DNA of 59,915 bases from Acholeplasma sp. (GCA_036677365.1 JAVBWN010000009.1:1-59915); one strand, 5' to 3'. Counted from the first letter of the stretch, positions 48,585 through 59,432 are shown. A program made the numbers and translations. The notes: generated by a model from the sequence alone, not told the origin.

Positions 48585-49471
48585 TGTTAAAAATCGGTTC
48601 ACATGTCGGACTATCCGGCAATGATATGTATGAAGGTTCTGTGTTGGAAGCCATCAGTTATGGTGCAAATGCATTCATGGTCTACACAGGTGCCCCACAA
48701 AACACCATTCGCAAATCCTTGATGGATTTGAATATTGCTGGCGCAGAAAAACAAATGCTCGCCCATGGGTTGTCGTTTGATAATGTCGTGGTTCACGCGC
48801 CTTATATCATCAATCTAGCCAACCCTGACCCTGAAAAACGCGCCTTCGCTGTGGAATTTTTAACCAAAGAAGTAGAACGCACCTACGCGATGCACGTGAG
48901 ACAAATCGTTTTACACCCTGGGTCTGCTGTTGGAAAAGATAGGGATGAAGCCTTAAAATGGATTGCGGAGGGCGTCAACCAAGTCATTCAAAATACGGCA
49001 GAAAAACCTGTCAAAATCGCTTTAGAAACCATGGCTGGTAAAGGCAATGAAATGGGTAAAACATTTGAAGAAATCCGCGATATGATTGCTTTGATTAAAG
49101 ATAAGAGCCGCATTTCTGTTTGTTTTGACACGTGTCACACCTCAGATGCAGGTTATGATATTCAAAATGATTTTGAAGGGGTCATCCAACACTTTGATCG
49201 CGTGGTTGGTAAATCCTACATATCGGTTTTCCACGTCAACGATTCTAAAAATCCAAAAGGGGCAGCGAAAGACAGACACGCCAACTTAGGATTTGGTGAA
49301 ATCGGCTTTGATGCTTTGTTAAAAGTGATTTATCATCCCGATTTTGAGCATGTGCCTAAAATATTAGAAACCCCATACATCGACGATAAAGCCCCTTATA
49401 AACATGAGATTCAAATGATCAAAAACCAAACCTTTAATCCGAATTTAGAGTCAGATGTGAAAAATAGTTGA
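48584..49471 (+). CDS. nfo: Endonuclease IV
   Basis: HAPYIINL, ETMAGKG, DTCH, HVNDSK, DRH, ETP. Confidence 0.96.
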   Translation: MLKIGSHVGLSGNDMYEGSVLEAISYGANAFMVYTGAPQNTIRKSLMDLNIAGAEKQMLAHGLSFDNVVVHAPYIINLANPDPEKRAFAVEFLTKEVERTYAMHVRQIVLHPGSAVGKDRDEALKWIAEGVNQVIQNTAEKPVKIALETMAGKGNEMGKTFEEIRDMIALIKDKSRISVCFDTCHTSDAGYDIQNDFEGVIQHFDRVVGKSYISVFHVNDSKNPKGAAKDRHANLGFGEIGFDALLKVIYHPDFEHVPKILETPYIDDKAPYKHEIQMIKNQTFNPNLESDVKNS

Positions 49472-49526
49472 AAGATTTTTCGATAGTTCGTTATAATATT
49501 TATAAAACACAAAGGAGAAGTACATT

Positions 49527-50399
49527 ATGAGAGATTTCATCATTGTTACCGATTCAGCCTGTGATTTGTCTGACGATTTAGCAAAATCACTGGATTTAGA
49601 AGTATTACCTCTTAAATTTGTCATCGACGGGGTAGAATACCCAGATTACCTAGACCACCGTTCGATGGCTCCGAAAGATTTTTATGACCGTGTTCGCAAA
49701 GGCATGATGCCATCAACCGCACAAGTCAATGTGCAAGAATACGTCGATGTTTGTGAAAAATTGATCAAAGCCCAAAAGGATATTTTAATTCTAACCTTCT
49801 CAAGTGCGCTCTCTGGGACATACAACAGTGCGCGTTTGGCGGTTGAACAATTAAGAGAATCTTACCCAACATTTAAAATCCATTTGGTTGATACCTTAGC
49901 TGCCTCTTTGGGTCAAGGGTTAATCGTATCTAAGGCGGGTAAAATGCGTAAACAAGGGTATTCGATTGAACAAGTCAGAGATGAAGTTGAAAAAACCAAA
50001 CTTAACTTGGCACATTGGTTTACCGTTTCAGATATCAACCACCTCAAACGTGGGGGCAGAATCAGTTCAACCGCTGCTGTGGTTGCGAATCTACTCAACA
50101 TCAATCCAATTTTACACGTATCGGATGAAGGTAAACTCATTGCGAGAACCAAGGTCATTGGCCGCAAAAAAGCTTTACATGCGTTATTCAATAAGATGAA
50201 GGAAACCTACAATCCTTTGTTACATAAAACGGTATTCATTTCTCACGGGGATGACATCGATGCTGCCAACATGCTCAAAGACATGATTCTTTCAGAACTG
50301 GATTGTGAAGTTGAACTCATCAACTACATTGGACCAGTCATTGGTGCCCATTCGGGTCCAAATACCATCGCGCTATTCTTTTATGCCACTTCAAGATAA
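49527..50399 (+). CDS. DegV/FakB-family fatty-acid-binding protein
   Basis: TDSACDL, SSALSGTY, LKRGGRI, GAHSGP. Confidence 0.93.
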   Translation: MRDFIIVTDSACDLSDDLAKSLDLEVLPLKFVIDGVEYPDYLDHRSMAPKDFYDRVRKGMMPSTAQVNVQEYVDVCEKLIKAQKDILILTFSSALSGTYNSARLAVEQLRESYPTFKIHLVDTLAASLGQGLIVSKAGKMRKQGYSIEQVRDEVEKTKLNLAHWFTVSDINHLKRGGRISSTAAVVANLLNINPILHVSDEGKLIARTKVIGRKKALHALFNKMKETYNPLLHKTVFISHGDDIDAANMLKDMILSELDCEVELINYIGPVIGAHSGPNTIALFFYATSR

Positions 50400-50431
50400 A
50401 CACCTGCGGGTGTTTTCTTTTCTTTGAATAA

Positions 50432-50449
50432 TATTTCGAATTCGAAGCA
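50432..50449 (+). promoter_or_regulatory. MhqR-like operator palindrome
   Basis: TATTTCGAATTCGAAGCA (perfect core TTCGAATTCGAA) upstream of mhqO/mhqD-like genes. Confidence 0.6.
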
Positions 50450-50505
50450 TTATAGTTGAGTTCGTCTGGTGTAACCCCTATAATGAAAGCATGGAGGGGA
50501 TTTTT

Positions 50506-51495
50506 ATGAAACCACTATTGGGATTACATCATGTCACTGCGATGACGAGCAGTGCAGAACGCATCTATGAATTTTTTACTTATGTTTTAGGACTTCGCTT
50601 GGTCAAGAAAACAGTCAATCAAGACGACATTCAAACGTATCACCTATTTTTCGCGGATGACCGCGGCAGTGCGGGGACAGATATGACGTTCTTCGATTTT
50701 AAAGGTCAACCGAAAGCCATCAAAGGGGCCAATGAAATATCCAAAACTGGATTTAGGGTACCCAATGATCTGGCTATTGCCTATTATGAAAGAAGATTTA
50801 AGCACTACAAAGTCAAATCATCCCCGGTTCAAACTTTGTTTGGTAAAAAGATATTGCCATTTGAGGATTTCGATGGTCAAGAATATGTCCTTTTTTCAGA
50901 TGAAAACAATACCGGGGTCAAAGCAGGCATCCCGTGGCAACAAGGCCCAGTACCGAATGAGTTTGCCATCTATGGGTTAGGTCCGATTTTCTTTAGAGTC
51001 AATCATGCAACATTAATGGATCAAGTATTAACTGAAAAACTCACATTCAAAAAAACAGCCACAGAAGGCAATTATACACTGTATGAAACAGGCCTTGGTG
51101 GCAATGGCGGTAGTGTGATTGTCGAATACACTAAAGATTTACCACCAGCACGTCAAGGGTTTGGTGGGGTTCACCATGTCGCTTTTGGTGTGCATGATAC
51201 CACCGATATTCAATCTTGGATTACCCATTTGAATCAAAAACAAATCATGCATTCCGGGTTGGTGGACCGTTTCTACTTCAGGTCTTTGTACAGTCGTATG
51301 TATCCAGGCATACTCTTTGAGTTTGCGACTGAAGGTCCAGGGTTCATCGATGATGAAGAACCGTATGAAACATTGGGTGAATTATTGGCGTTACCCCCTA
51401 AGTATCGTCATTTAAGAAAAGAAATCAGTGGTATGGTTAGACATATCGATACGACAAGGTCAGATATAACATTTAAAAAGGAGTATGAATTTTAA
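50506..51495 (+). CDS. Ring-cleaving dioxygenase/glyoxalase (MhqO/MhqA family)
   Basis: GLHHVTA, LVKKTVNQDD, GGVHHVAF, DRFYFRSLY, EFAT. Confidence 0.92.
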   Translation: MKPLLGLHHVTAMTSSAERIYEFFTYVLGLRLVKKTVNQDDIQTYHLFFADDRGSAGTDMTFFDFKGQPKAIKGANEISKTGFRVPNDLAIAYYERRFKHYKVKSSPVQTLFGKKILPFEDFDGQEYVLFSDENNTGVKAGIPWQQGPVPNEFAIYGLGPIFFRVNHATLMDQVLTEKLTFKKTATEGNYTLYETGLGGNGGSVIVEYTKDLPPARQGFGGVHHVAFGVHDTTDIQSWITHLNQKQIMHSGLVDRFYFRSLYSRMYPGILFEFATEGPGFIDDEEPYETLGELLALPPKYRHLRKEISGMVRHIDTTRSDITFKKEYEF

Positions 51496-52087
51496 TATGA
51501 TTCATATGTATAAAAAAGGCAATGACCATACGTTGATACTCTTACATGGTACCGGTGGCAATGAACAGGATATGATACCACTGGCAGACATGGTATCGAG
51601 GGAATCGAGTATCTTATCGATTCGCGGTAACGTCTTAGAACATGGCATGCCAAGGTTCTTTAAACGTATCGCGATGGGTGTGTTTGACATGGAAAGTCTC
51701 AAACAAGAAACCGAGCATCTATATTCGTTTATCCAAAAAGCATCTCTTGATTATCAATTTGATTTAAAGAAAGCCACCATCATTGGTTATTCCAATGGAG
51801 CGAATATTGCGATATCGATGTTGTTTACCTATGATAATCCTGTGGGACAAGCCATTTTACTTAGACCCATGGTTCCAACCGAAAATATCTTAAGCAAACA
51901 ACTCAATGAAACATCGGTGATTATATTAACCGGTAAATATGATACCATCGTGCCTCCTGAACATGGGGAAATTCTTAAAAAACACTTTGATCATCTACAA
52001 GCAAATACACTTTGGGTTGAACTGAATGCGACCCATCGCTTAACCGAAGAAGACATCAAAATCATCAAAGAAAAGATAAAAAAATGA
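51485..52087 (+). CDS. Alpha/beta hydrolase (MhqD/YodD-like carboxylesterase)
   Basis: LLHGTGGNE, GMPRFF, GYSNGAN. Confidence 0.9.
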   Translation: MNFNMIHMYKKGNDHTLILLHGTGGNEQDMIPLADMVSRESSILSIRGNVLEHGMPRFFKRIAMGVFDMESLKQETEHLYSFIQKASLDYQFDLKKATIIGYSNGANIAISMLFTYDNPVGQAILLRPMVPTENILSKQLNETSVIILTGKYDTIVPPEHGEILKKHFDHLQANTLWVELNATHRLTEEDIKIIKEKIKK

Positions 52088-52109
52088 GTTCATGTTGAAC
52101 TCATTTTTT
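52081..52109. terminator. Bidirectional terminator
   Basis: AAAATGAGTTCA-tgt-TGAACTCATTTT. Confidence 0.75.
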
Positions 52110-52114
52110 CTCAT

Positions 52115-53344
52115 TTAGCGAATGGTGGAACCCGATTTTACAAATAAGTTATCAAACTTGGCATGACGATAAATACGGCAGTTTCTCGCAATCTTCGCGT
52201 TGTCAGGTACATATCCATGTTTCTCAATGACATTGATCCCAGAGGACAACACAGATGGTCTTTCTTCATTTGGTGTGTAGTCATCCGAATAACCCACAAT
52301 GGCATTTCTACCAATGTATACTTTCTTGTCTAAAATGGCACGTTCAACAATCGCATTTTCAGAAATAATCGTATTGTTTAAAATGACTGAATCTCGCACA
52401 ATGGCGCCTTTTTCAACTCTTACACCAGGACTCAAAACACTGTTGATGACTGTACCATCAATGACAGAACCGTTGGAAATTAACGAGTTGACGATGTGGG
52501 CATTTGAACCTACCCTCACTGGTGGCATCTCTTCTGAACGGGTATAAATCTTCCATGTATCCGAGTATAAATCCAATCTTGGTTCAGCCATGTTTAAGAG
52601 TTCAATGTTGGTTTGTAAATAGGAATCATACGTACCCACGTCTCTCCAATAGCCATTGAATTCAAAGGCATATACCTTACTATCGGCTTCTTTGATGAGG
52701 GTAGGTAGAATGTGTTTACCAAAGTCCAGATTTGGGTCTTTGATGGTATCGAGTGCACGATATAACATGTCTGCTGAGAATACATATATTCCCATCGATG
52801 CTTGGTCGGACTTCGGTTGTTTTGGTTTTTCTTCAAAACCGACAATGCGCATGTCATCGTTGGTTTCCATGATCCCGAAACGATGGGCTTCATTTAGTGG
52901 TACTTTTTGAGTAGCGATGGTTACCGTCGCACCTTTTTCAATATGGAAATTGATCATCTTTCGGTAATTCATTTTATAGATGTGGTCCCCAGATAAAATT
53001 AAGATAAACTTGGGTTCTCTACGTCTCACAAACTCAATGTTTTTTAGCACAGAATCTGCGGTACCCATATACCATTCATTGTGTGGTTGTAAGAGGGTGA
53101 CTTGAGAGTCTCTACGGTCGAGGTCCCAAGGTTTGCCAGTACCAATGTGTTCATTGAGGGAAAGCGGTAAATACTGTGTTAAAATCCCGATATCATAAAT
53201 ACCTGAATTCGCACAGTTGGATAATGAAAAGTCAATGATTCTAAATTTACCTGCAAATGGAACCGCAGGTTTACTACGTTTTTCTGCCAGCAAGTCAAGT
53301 CTTGACCCTTTACCACCAGCTAAGATGAGTGCTAATGTTTCCAT
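52115..53344 (-). CDS. glgC: Glucose-1-phosphate adenylyltransferase
   Basis: LAGGKGSRL, KPAVPFAGKFRIIDF, GDHIYKM, EEKP, YWRDVGT. Confidence 0.96.
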   Translation of the reverse strand: METLALILAGGKGSRLDLLAEKRSKPAVPFAGKFRIIDFSLSNCANSGIYDIGILTQYLPLSLNEHIGTGKPWDLDRRDSQVTLLQPHNEWYMGTADSVLKNIEFVRRREPKFILILSGDHIYKMNYRKMINFHIEKGATVTIATQKVPLNEAHRFGIMETNDDMRIVGFEEKPKQPKSDQASMGIYVFSADMLYRALDTIKDPNLDFGKHILPTLIKEADSKVYAFEFNGYWRDVGTYDSYLQTNIELLNMAEPRLDLYSDTWKIYTRSEEMPPVRVGSNAHIVNSLISNGSVIDGTVINSVLSPGVRVEKGAIVRDSVILNNTIISENAIVERAILDKKVYIGRNAIVGYSDDYTPNEERPSVLSSGINVIEKHGYVPDNAKIARNCRIYRHAKFDNLFVKSGSTIR

Positions 53345-53356
53345 GATTGATTCCCC

Positions 53357-54781
53357 CTATTTATTTAAAATGTGTTCATAAAGACTTAAATATTCTAAAC
53401 CCATGTGTTCTAATGAATGGTCCAATTTCATCGCGGATTGAACCAAAAGTCGCCAGTCCGATGGGTTGTTGGTATAAAGTAAAATCGCATCTAACAACAC
53501 TTGTTTAAGTTCGTGTGCGTTGTAGTTGGCGAAACTGAATCCGTGGCCTTCCTTGGTATATTTGTTGTAAGGCATGACGGTATCTTTTAAGCCACCAGTT
53601 TCGCGGACCAATGGTAGGCAGCCATAACGCATCGCAATCAATTGTCCTAAACCACAAGGTTCGAATTGACTTGGCATCAATAATAAGTCTGCTGCGGCGT
53701 AGAGCTGATGTGCTAAGGCATTGTTAAAACCAATAAAGGTATACACACGGTTTCGATACTTATTTTGAAGGTAGCGTAAGAAGTTTTCGTAATGCAAATC
53801 ACCACTACCGATGAAGACGAACTTCGCTGTGCTTTCAGCGATGGCTTCTTCTAAAGTAGTCATCATCAAATCGATCCCCTTTTGTTTCGCCAGTCTACCG
53901 ATATAGGCGACCAAAGCGGTATCGGTTGATAACTCTAGATTGAGTTTTTTAAGCAACGCAAATTTGTTTTGTTTCTTGGCTTGAACAAAGTGCTTTTCAT
54001 TGAATGTTTTTTCTAAATAGGTATCTGTTTCTGGATTATAGATGTCATAATCTATGCCATTTAAAATACCAGAGAAGTTATTCAATCTGGATTTCAATGC
54101 GCCATCCAAGGTAAAACCATAATACTCAGTTTGAACCTCTTGCATATAGGTTGGTGAGACGGTATTGATGTGGTTGGCACGCATGATGGCGGCTTTTAAG
54201 AAGTTTAAACGGTCAAAGTGGATATATGCGTAATTGAATGGTCGGCCAATCAAGCGATAAGCATCTTTTGGGAAAGACCCTTGGTATTCTAGATTGTGAA
54301 TGGTTAACAGGGTTTTCACCGATTTAAATAATGGTTTTTGTCGATATATTTCATCGAGTAAATATGGGATCAATCCAGTTTGCCAGTCATTGATGTGTAG
54401 CAGATCAAATGGGTTATGGATCAATTCAATATATTCTAAAATGGCAAAATCATAAAATAAAAAGCGTTTATCATCATCGTAGTAACCATAATAATTCGCG
54501 CGTTTAAAAAATAATTCATTTTCAACGAAAATATAGGTTACACCATCGTGAATGGTTTCGTAGTATTTCGCCTTGAAGGATTCATCGGCAATTTTGACTT
54601 CTCTTTCACCGATGTATTTGAATGTATTTAGTTTTGAATATATCGAATCATACAGGGGTGTGATCACCGCTGTGAACTTGCCCAATCGATTCATGATTTT
54701 TGGTAGAGCAGAAGCCATATCGGCTAAACCACCCGATTTTGAAAAGGGGTAAGCCTCACTAGAACAAAATAAAATGCGCAT
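53357..54781 (-). CDS. glgA: Glycogen synthase
   Basis: KSGGLAD, NDWQTG, TIHNLEYQG, PSQFEPCGLGQ. Confidence 0.96.
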   Translation of the reverse strand: MRILFCSSEAYPFSKSGGLADMASALPKIMNRLGKFTAVITPLYDSIYSKLNTFKYIGEREVKIADESFKAKYYETIHDGVTYIFVENELFFKRANYYGYYDDDKRFLFYDFAILEYIELIHNPFDLLHINDWQTGLIPYLLDEIYRQKPLFKSVKTLLTIHNLEYQGSFPKDAYRLIGRPFNYAYIHFDRLNFLKAAIMRANHINTVSPTYMQEVQTEYYGFTLDGALKSRLNNFSGILNGIDYDIYNPETDTYLEKTFNEKHFVQAKKQNKFALLKKLNLELSTDTALVAYIGRLAKQKGIDLMMTTLEEAIAESTAKFVFIGSGDLHYENFLRYLQNKYRNRVYTFIGFNNALAHQLYAAADLLLMPSQFEPCGLGQLIAMRYGCLPLVRETGGLKDTVMPYNKYTKEGHGFSFANYNAHELKQVLLDAILLYTNNPSDWRLLVQSAMKLDHSLEHMGLEYLSLYEHILNK

Positions 54782-54942
54782 ACGGTCACCTCATTAACAT
54801 TATAACCTAATGAAACGGGTTACACAATAACACCCACAGTGATTTTACGTTTGTGTCATAAAAATACCATATTCATAAATGAATTGATAAAAGAAAACCC
54901 CCGTGTTATAATGTTACTAGTCATTTAAAGGAGATTCAATTT

Positions 54943-55494
54943 ATGTCTAAAAAACCGTATGCAAGACCACAGTATAAAGTAAAACCAGCGGTGATTATCA
55001 TCGTTGCAATTGTTGTTTTCTTATTTTCAGCTTTAATTGTCATTGTTCAACCTTCTGACCAAGACAAAATTTATAAAGCATACCACAATGCTGGATCACC
55101 AAACTTAACAGCAAACCACGTTATTCAATCGATCACTGTTTCAAAATTAGGGAAATTAATTGACTCAGGTGCACCAGTGGTCGTATTCTTTGGAGAAGTA
55201 TCCTGTTCTGCATGTATCAGTGAAATTGGTTGGTATGACCTTGAATTTAAAGGCGCAGGGTTGGTATCTGAACTCAGTGTCATCTATTACGTAAAGCGTT
55301 CATCGATGAGTGCTTCTGATGTTGAAAAATTCCAAACCAAATATGCCATGACGTTGACCGCTACCCCGGAACTTTACTATTTAAACGAGGGTGAAATCGT
55401 ACATAGAAGATCTGACTTCAATAGCGACACACAACCGATGGCCGGTCAAATCAAGAGTTTCTTCACAGCCATTAAAAACGATTTAGCAGATTAA
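54943..55494 (+). CDS. Membrane-anchored thioredoxin-fold protein
   Basis: N-terminal TM segment; VVFFGEVSCSAC; TP (cis-Pro) motif. Confidence 0.6.
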   Translation: MSKKPYARPQYKVKPAVIIIVAIVVFLFSALIVIVQPSDQDKIYKAYHNAGSPNLTANHVIQSITVSKLGKLIDSGAPVVVFFGEVSCSACISEIGWYDLEFKGAGLVSELSVIYYVKRSSMSASDVEKFQTKYAMTLTATPELYYLNEGEIVHRRSDFNSDTQPMAGQIKSFFTAIKNDLAD

Positions 55495-55543
55495 AGCACA
55501 TCACACGTGCTTTTTTTCTACTTAAGGAAAGATTGGTATAGTT

Positions 55544-57211
55544 ATGATTCAACAAATCAAACAAAATTTAAAAGAAAAAGTCACACGACACTTTAACATA
55601 GACAGTCTCAATGTTGTCGTTGAAGAACCAAAAAGAGGGAATGCAGATTTAGCTATCCCACTTTTTGCGTTAGTGAAACAATTGGGTAAACCCATGCCAT
55701 GGGTTTTAGAAGAAGTGAAAACGGCCATTGGTGCTTATGATATGGTCAGTGATATTCAATTCTTGAATGGGTTTTTAAATATTTCCATCAACCGCGCCGT
55801 TTTTGCAAAATCGGTCATCGAACAAGTACTGAATGAACAATCCAATTTTGGGAACCAATCGATGGGTAAAACGGTATGTATTGACTATTCTGCACCCAAT
55901 ATTGCGAAAAGTTTCTCCATTGGCCATTTACGTTCAACCATGATTGGGAATGCCCTCAAAAACATCTATCAAAAACTCGGTTATCGCGTGGTTGGCATCA
56001 ACCATTTAGGTGACTGGGGTACCCAATTCGGTAAAATGATTGTTGCCTATAACAAATGGGGTAACCGTGCCGAAATTGAAAAAAATCCAATCGTAGAACT
56101 TCAAAAATTATATGTTAAATTCCATGATGAAGTCGCCAATGACCCAACCTTAGAAGACCAAGCCAGAGCGGTTTTCAAATCACTTGAAGACGGTGATGCA
56201 AATACACTCGAACTTTGGCGTTATTTTAGAGATGAATCATTGAAAGAATTCATGTCGATGTACGACTTACTTGGCGTCAGCTTTGACTCTTATGATGGCG
56301 AATCATTTTACAACGATAAAATGGCAGCTGTCGCGGATGAATTGGAACAAAAAGGCTTACTCGTTGAAGACGATGGTGCGATGATCGTTAGAATCGACCC
56401 ACTACCACCAGCCCTCATCAAGCGTAGAGATGGCGCAACCCTCTATATCACACGCGATTTAGCAGCACTGCTTTACCGTTTTAAGACCTATCATTTCGAT
56501 AAAGTATTGTATGTTGTCGGCAATGAACAAAAGCTTCACTTTGACCAACTCAAATCGGTATCCAAACTTATGGGTTATGATTTAGACATCCACCATGTCA
56601 ATTTCGGATTGGTCATGCAAGATGGGAAAAAGATGTCTACCCGTGGGGGTAGAGTCGTGAAGTTATACGATGTCATCAAAGAAGCAATCGCGAGTGCATC
56701 TCAAGCCATTTTTGATAAGAATCCAAACTTGAATAACCAAGAAGCCGTGGCGAAAGCGGTTGGGATTGGTGCGGTCATCTTCAATGACTTGAAAAATGAT
56801 CGAAATCTTGATATTGAGTTCAATTTAGAGTCCATGTTGGCCTTTGAAGGTCAAACAGGCCCTTATTTACAATACAGCAGTGTCCGTATCGCATCCATTT
56901 TAAAAAACCAAACTTTGACTGAGGTTTATCCTTTTGAATCTTACACTGAAGACTTGCCATTTGAACTCATCAAACAGCTCTCAGCGTTTGAAGATGCCCT
57001 TGAAAAAGCAGCAGAGCTCAATGGTCCTCATGTCATCAGCCGTTATTTATTACAACTTGCTCAAACATTCAACCAGTTTTATGGTCAATATAAGATCATT
57101 ACGGAGGACGAAGCACTCAAACAAGCAAACCTTCACCTCATTCAAGCCGTTCGTATCGTCTTGAACGAAGGCATGAGATTGCTCGGGATGATTGCACTCG
57201 ATGAAATGTAA
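55544..57211 (+). CDS. argS: Arginine--tRNA ligase
   Basis: DYSAPNIAK..SIGHLRST, NHLGDWGTQFG, KKMSTR, TGPYLQY. Confidence 0.97.
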   Translation: MIQQIKQNLKEKVTRHFNIDSLNVVVEEPKRGNADLAIPLFALVKQLGKPMPWVLEEVKTAIGAYDMVSDIQFLNGFLNISINRAVFAKSVIEQVLNEQSNFGNQSMGKTVCIDYSAPNIAKSFSIGHLRSTMIGNALKNIYQKLGYRVVGINHLGDWGTQFGKMIVAYNKWGNRAEIEKNPIVELQKLYVKFHDEVANDPTLEDQARAVFKSLEDGDANTLELWRYFRDESLKEFMSMYDLLGVSFDSYDGESFYNDKMAAVADELEQKGLLVEDDGAMIVRIDPLPPALIKRRDGATLYITRDLAALLYRFKTYHFDKVLYVVGNEQKLHFDQLKSVSKLMGYDLDIHHVNFGLVMQDGKKMSTRGGRVVKLYDVIKEAIASASQAIFDKNPNLNNQEAVAKAVGIGAVIFNDLKNDRNLDIEFNLESMLAFEGQTGPYLQYSSVRIASILKNQTLTEVYPFESYTEDLPFELIKQLSAFEDALEKAAELNGPHVISRYLLQLAQTFNQFYGQYKIITEDEALKQANLHLIQAVRIVLNEGMRLLGMIALDEM

Positions 57212-58242
57212 TGGAACAAGGAAAAAAGACAAGCATTGCTAAAAACCTATTATTTGTGTTCATTATGCTTGCGGTAGTCCTTACAGTTGTATTCAGTTTA
57301 AATGATATTAGCCTAATTTTAGAAGCCGTCAAGCAAGCCAACCCATGGTTGATTGCCTTGGCAGCGTTGGTGTTCTTACTTTATATGTTAACCACCAATT
57401 TAGCACTTCATTTTGTGACCACAGGGTTGGGTGTCAAACTACCATTTTTAGACACCATGGCCATTGGTTCAGCTGAATACTTCTTTAATGCGATTACGCC
57501 TTTTTCCTCTGGTGGACAACCATTTCAAGCCTATTTTTATATGAGAAAGGGCGTCAGTGGTGACAATGCCATGTCGATTTTGATGTCCAATTTTATTGTT
57601 TATCAAGTCATCATGACCGTATTATCCACAATTGGACTGGTCATGTTCTATGGCCAAATTCGAAGTGTGTTGAACCACTACATGATTTTGATCCTCATCG
57701 GTTATGTCGCTAATATGTCGGTCTTAGGCATTTTAATTTCGATATCAACCATACCAGGCATATCCAAAATATTTGAATGGATTTTTAGAACAATAGGTAA
57801 AATCAAGTTTCTTAAAAAAACCATGATGAAGCTTGAACACCGTACATTTGATTTTGTGAAAGAGTTCCAAATCGGGATTGGTTTATTGTTTAAACGTAAA
57901 CGTGTTTTGATTGGGGCTTCACTTTTAAGGATTTTAGGGTTATCATTATTACACGCAGTACCGTTCGTTGTATTCCTAGCTTTAGGTGTAAACCTCGATA
58001 TGGGTGATTTAATTTTCGTCATATCGATGAGTTTATTCTCGACCACTTTCATGATGTGGGTACCCACCCCAGGCGCATCAGGGGGCACAGAATGGGCCTT
58101 TACGGTTATATTCACAGTGCTTGTGTCAGGGTCGACCGCCGTTTTAGTTACCTCCATGTTGATCTGGCGATTTGTTACTTATTATCTAGGGATGTTTATC
58201 GGATTTATCGCGTATATGATTTTACGCAAAAGGGGAATTTAA
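57211..58242 (+). CDS. Lysylphosphatidylglycerol-synthase-TM/UPF0104 flippase-like membrane protein
   Basis: NAITPFSSGGQP, PTPGASGGTE, WRFVTYY. Confidence 0.85.
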   Translation: MEQGKKTSIAKNLLFVFIMLAVVLTVVFSLNDISLILEAVKQANPWLIALAALVFLLYMLTTNLALHFVTTGLGVKLPFLDTMAIGSAEYFFNAITPFSSGGQPFQAYFYMRKGVSGDNAMSILMSNFIVYQVIMTVLSTIGLVMFYGQIRSVLNHYMILILIGYVANMSVLGILISISTIPGISKIFEWIFRTIGKIKFLKKTMMKLEHRTFDFVKEFQIGIGLLFKRKRVLIGASLLRILGLSLLHAVPFVVFLALGVNLDMGDLIFVISMSLFSTTFMMWVPTPGASGGTEWAFTVIFTVLVSGSTAVLVTSMLIWRFVTYYLGMFIGFIAYMILRKRGI

Positions 58243-58244
58243 TC

Positions 58245-59420
58245 ATGAGGATTGGGATATTTACCGATGCTTATTTACCACTCATCAGTGGTGTCACAAC
58301 GTCTATTTACATGTTGGCTGAAGGTCTTCGAAAAGAAGGTCATGAAGTCTACATCATTACCACATCTGGTAAGAATGTGGTCGAAGAACCATATGTTATC
58401 CGCTTGAAAGGCATGCCAGTGCCGAAAAAAGGCTTAAAGACGTTTAGAATTGTGCCATTTACCAAAACACACATCAAGAAGATTGAAGCCTTAAAACTCG
58501 ATGTCATGCATGTCCATACGGAGTTTTCGATTGGTTCGGTTGCTGTTCACATGAGAGATAAATATGGCATACCGATGGTATTTACCGTACACACGATGTA
58601 TGAAGAATATTTACATTATGTATCCAAGTTTTTAGCACGCTTCTTAAGAAAACCACTCATGCATTATTTGAAGAAGTTGATGAAACGCTTCATTTTAAGA
58701 GCAGATGTTACCATCACACCAACACAAAAGGTGAAGGATTTGATGCAAAGTTATGACATCAACGGTCATTATGAAATCATTCCAACCGGCATTAAACTGG
58801 ATAAGTTCGTGGGTTCAAATTATACCAAAGAACAAGTACAAAACTTAAAAGCATCGCTAGGCATTCAACCGGATGAATTTGTATATTTATTCTTAGGCAG
58901 AATATCCAAAGAAAAATCCATTCCTGTATTGATCAATGCATTCGCTGAAATCCATAAGGAAGTCAAAGCGAAGTTCCTAATCATTGGTGACGGTCCTGCA
59001 ATGAACGAATTGAAAGCCTTGGTCGAAGAACTTGGCATTCAAGACAAGGTTGTATTCACAGGATTCATCAATTGGAATGATGTTGGACTATATTATCAAA
59101 TTGGGGATGCGTTCTTAAATGCATCCGTGACAGAAACCCAAGGTTTAACTTATATTGAAGCACTTGCTGCAAGCTTACCTGTCATCGTCAAATATGACAC
59201 CTGCTTATTAGAAGTTGTGAAAGAATTTGACAATGGTTTGTTCTTTAGACAAAACAATGAACTACCATTCTTAATGAAACGTATTTACGCAGACCCAGAG
59301 TTGAGAAATAAACTTACAAAAAATGCGTATAAATCTATTGAAAAATATTCTCAAGAATGTTATTCTAGTAGTGCACTCAAAGCTTATCAAAAAGCAATTG
59401 AGATTAAAAAAGCTGAATAA
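58245..59420 (+). CDS. GT4 glycosyltransferase, monoglucosyl-diacylglycerol synthase (MGS)-like
   Basis: MRIGIFTDAYLPLISGV, HTEFSIG, HTMYEEY, GRISKEK, ETQGLTYIEA. Confidence 0.88.
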   Translation: MRIGIFTDAYLPLISGVTTSIYMLAEGLRKEGHEVYIITTSGKNVVEEPYVIRLKGMPVPKKGLKTFRIVPFTKTHIKKIEALKLDVMHVHTEFSIGSVAVHMRDKYGIPMVFTVHTMYEEYLHYVSKFLARFLRKPLMHYLKKLMKRFILRADVTITPTQKVKDLMQSYDINGHYEIIPTGIKLDKFVGSNYTKEQVQNLKASLGIQPDEFVYLFLGRISKEKSIPVLINAFAEIHKEVKAKFLIIGDGPAMNELKALVEELGIQDKVVFTGFINWNDVGLYYQIGDAFLNASVTETQGLTYIEALAASLPVIVKYDTCLLEVVKEFDNGLFFRQNNELPFLMKRIYADPELRNKLTKNAYKSIEKYSQECYSSSALKAYQKAIEIKKAE

Positions 59421-59432
59421 GCTTTTTATAAT

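Noticed and set aside
57702..58157. Numerous 60-150 aa antisense or alternate-frame ORFs inside known genes
   Set aside because: Shadow ORFs of well-supported CDSs, with no RBS or recognisable motifs
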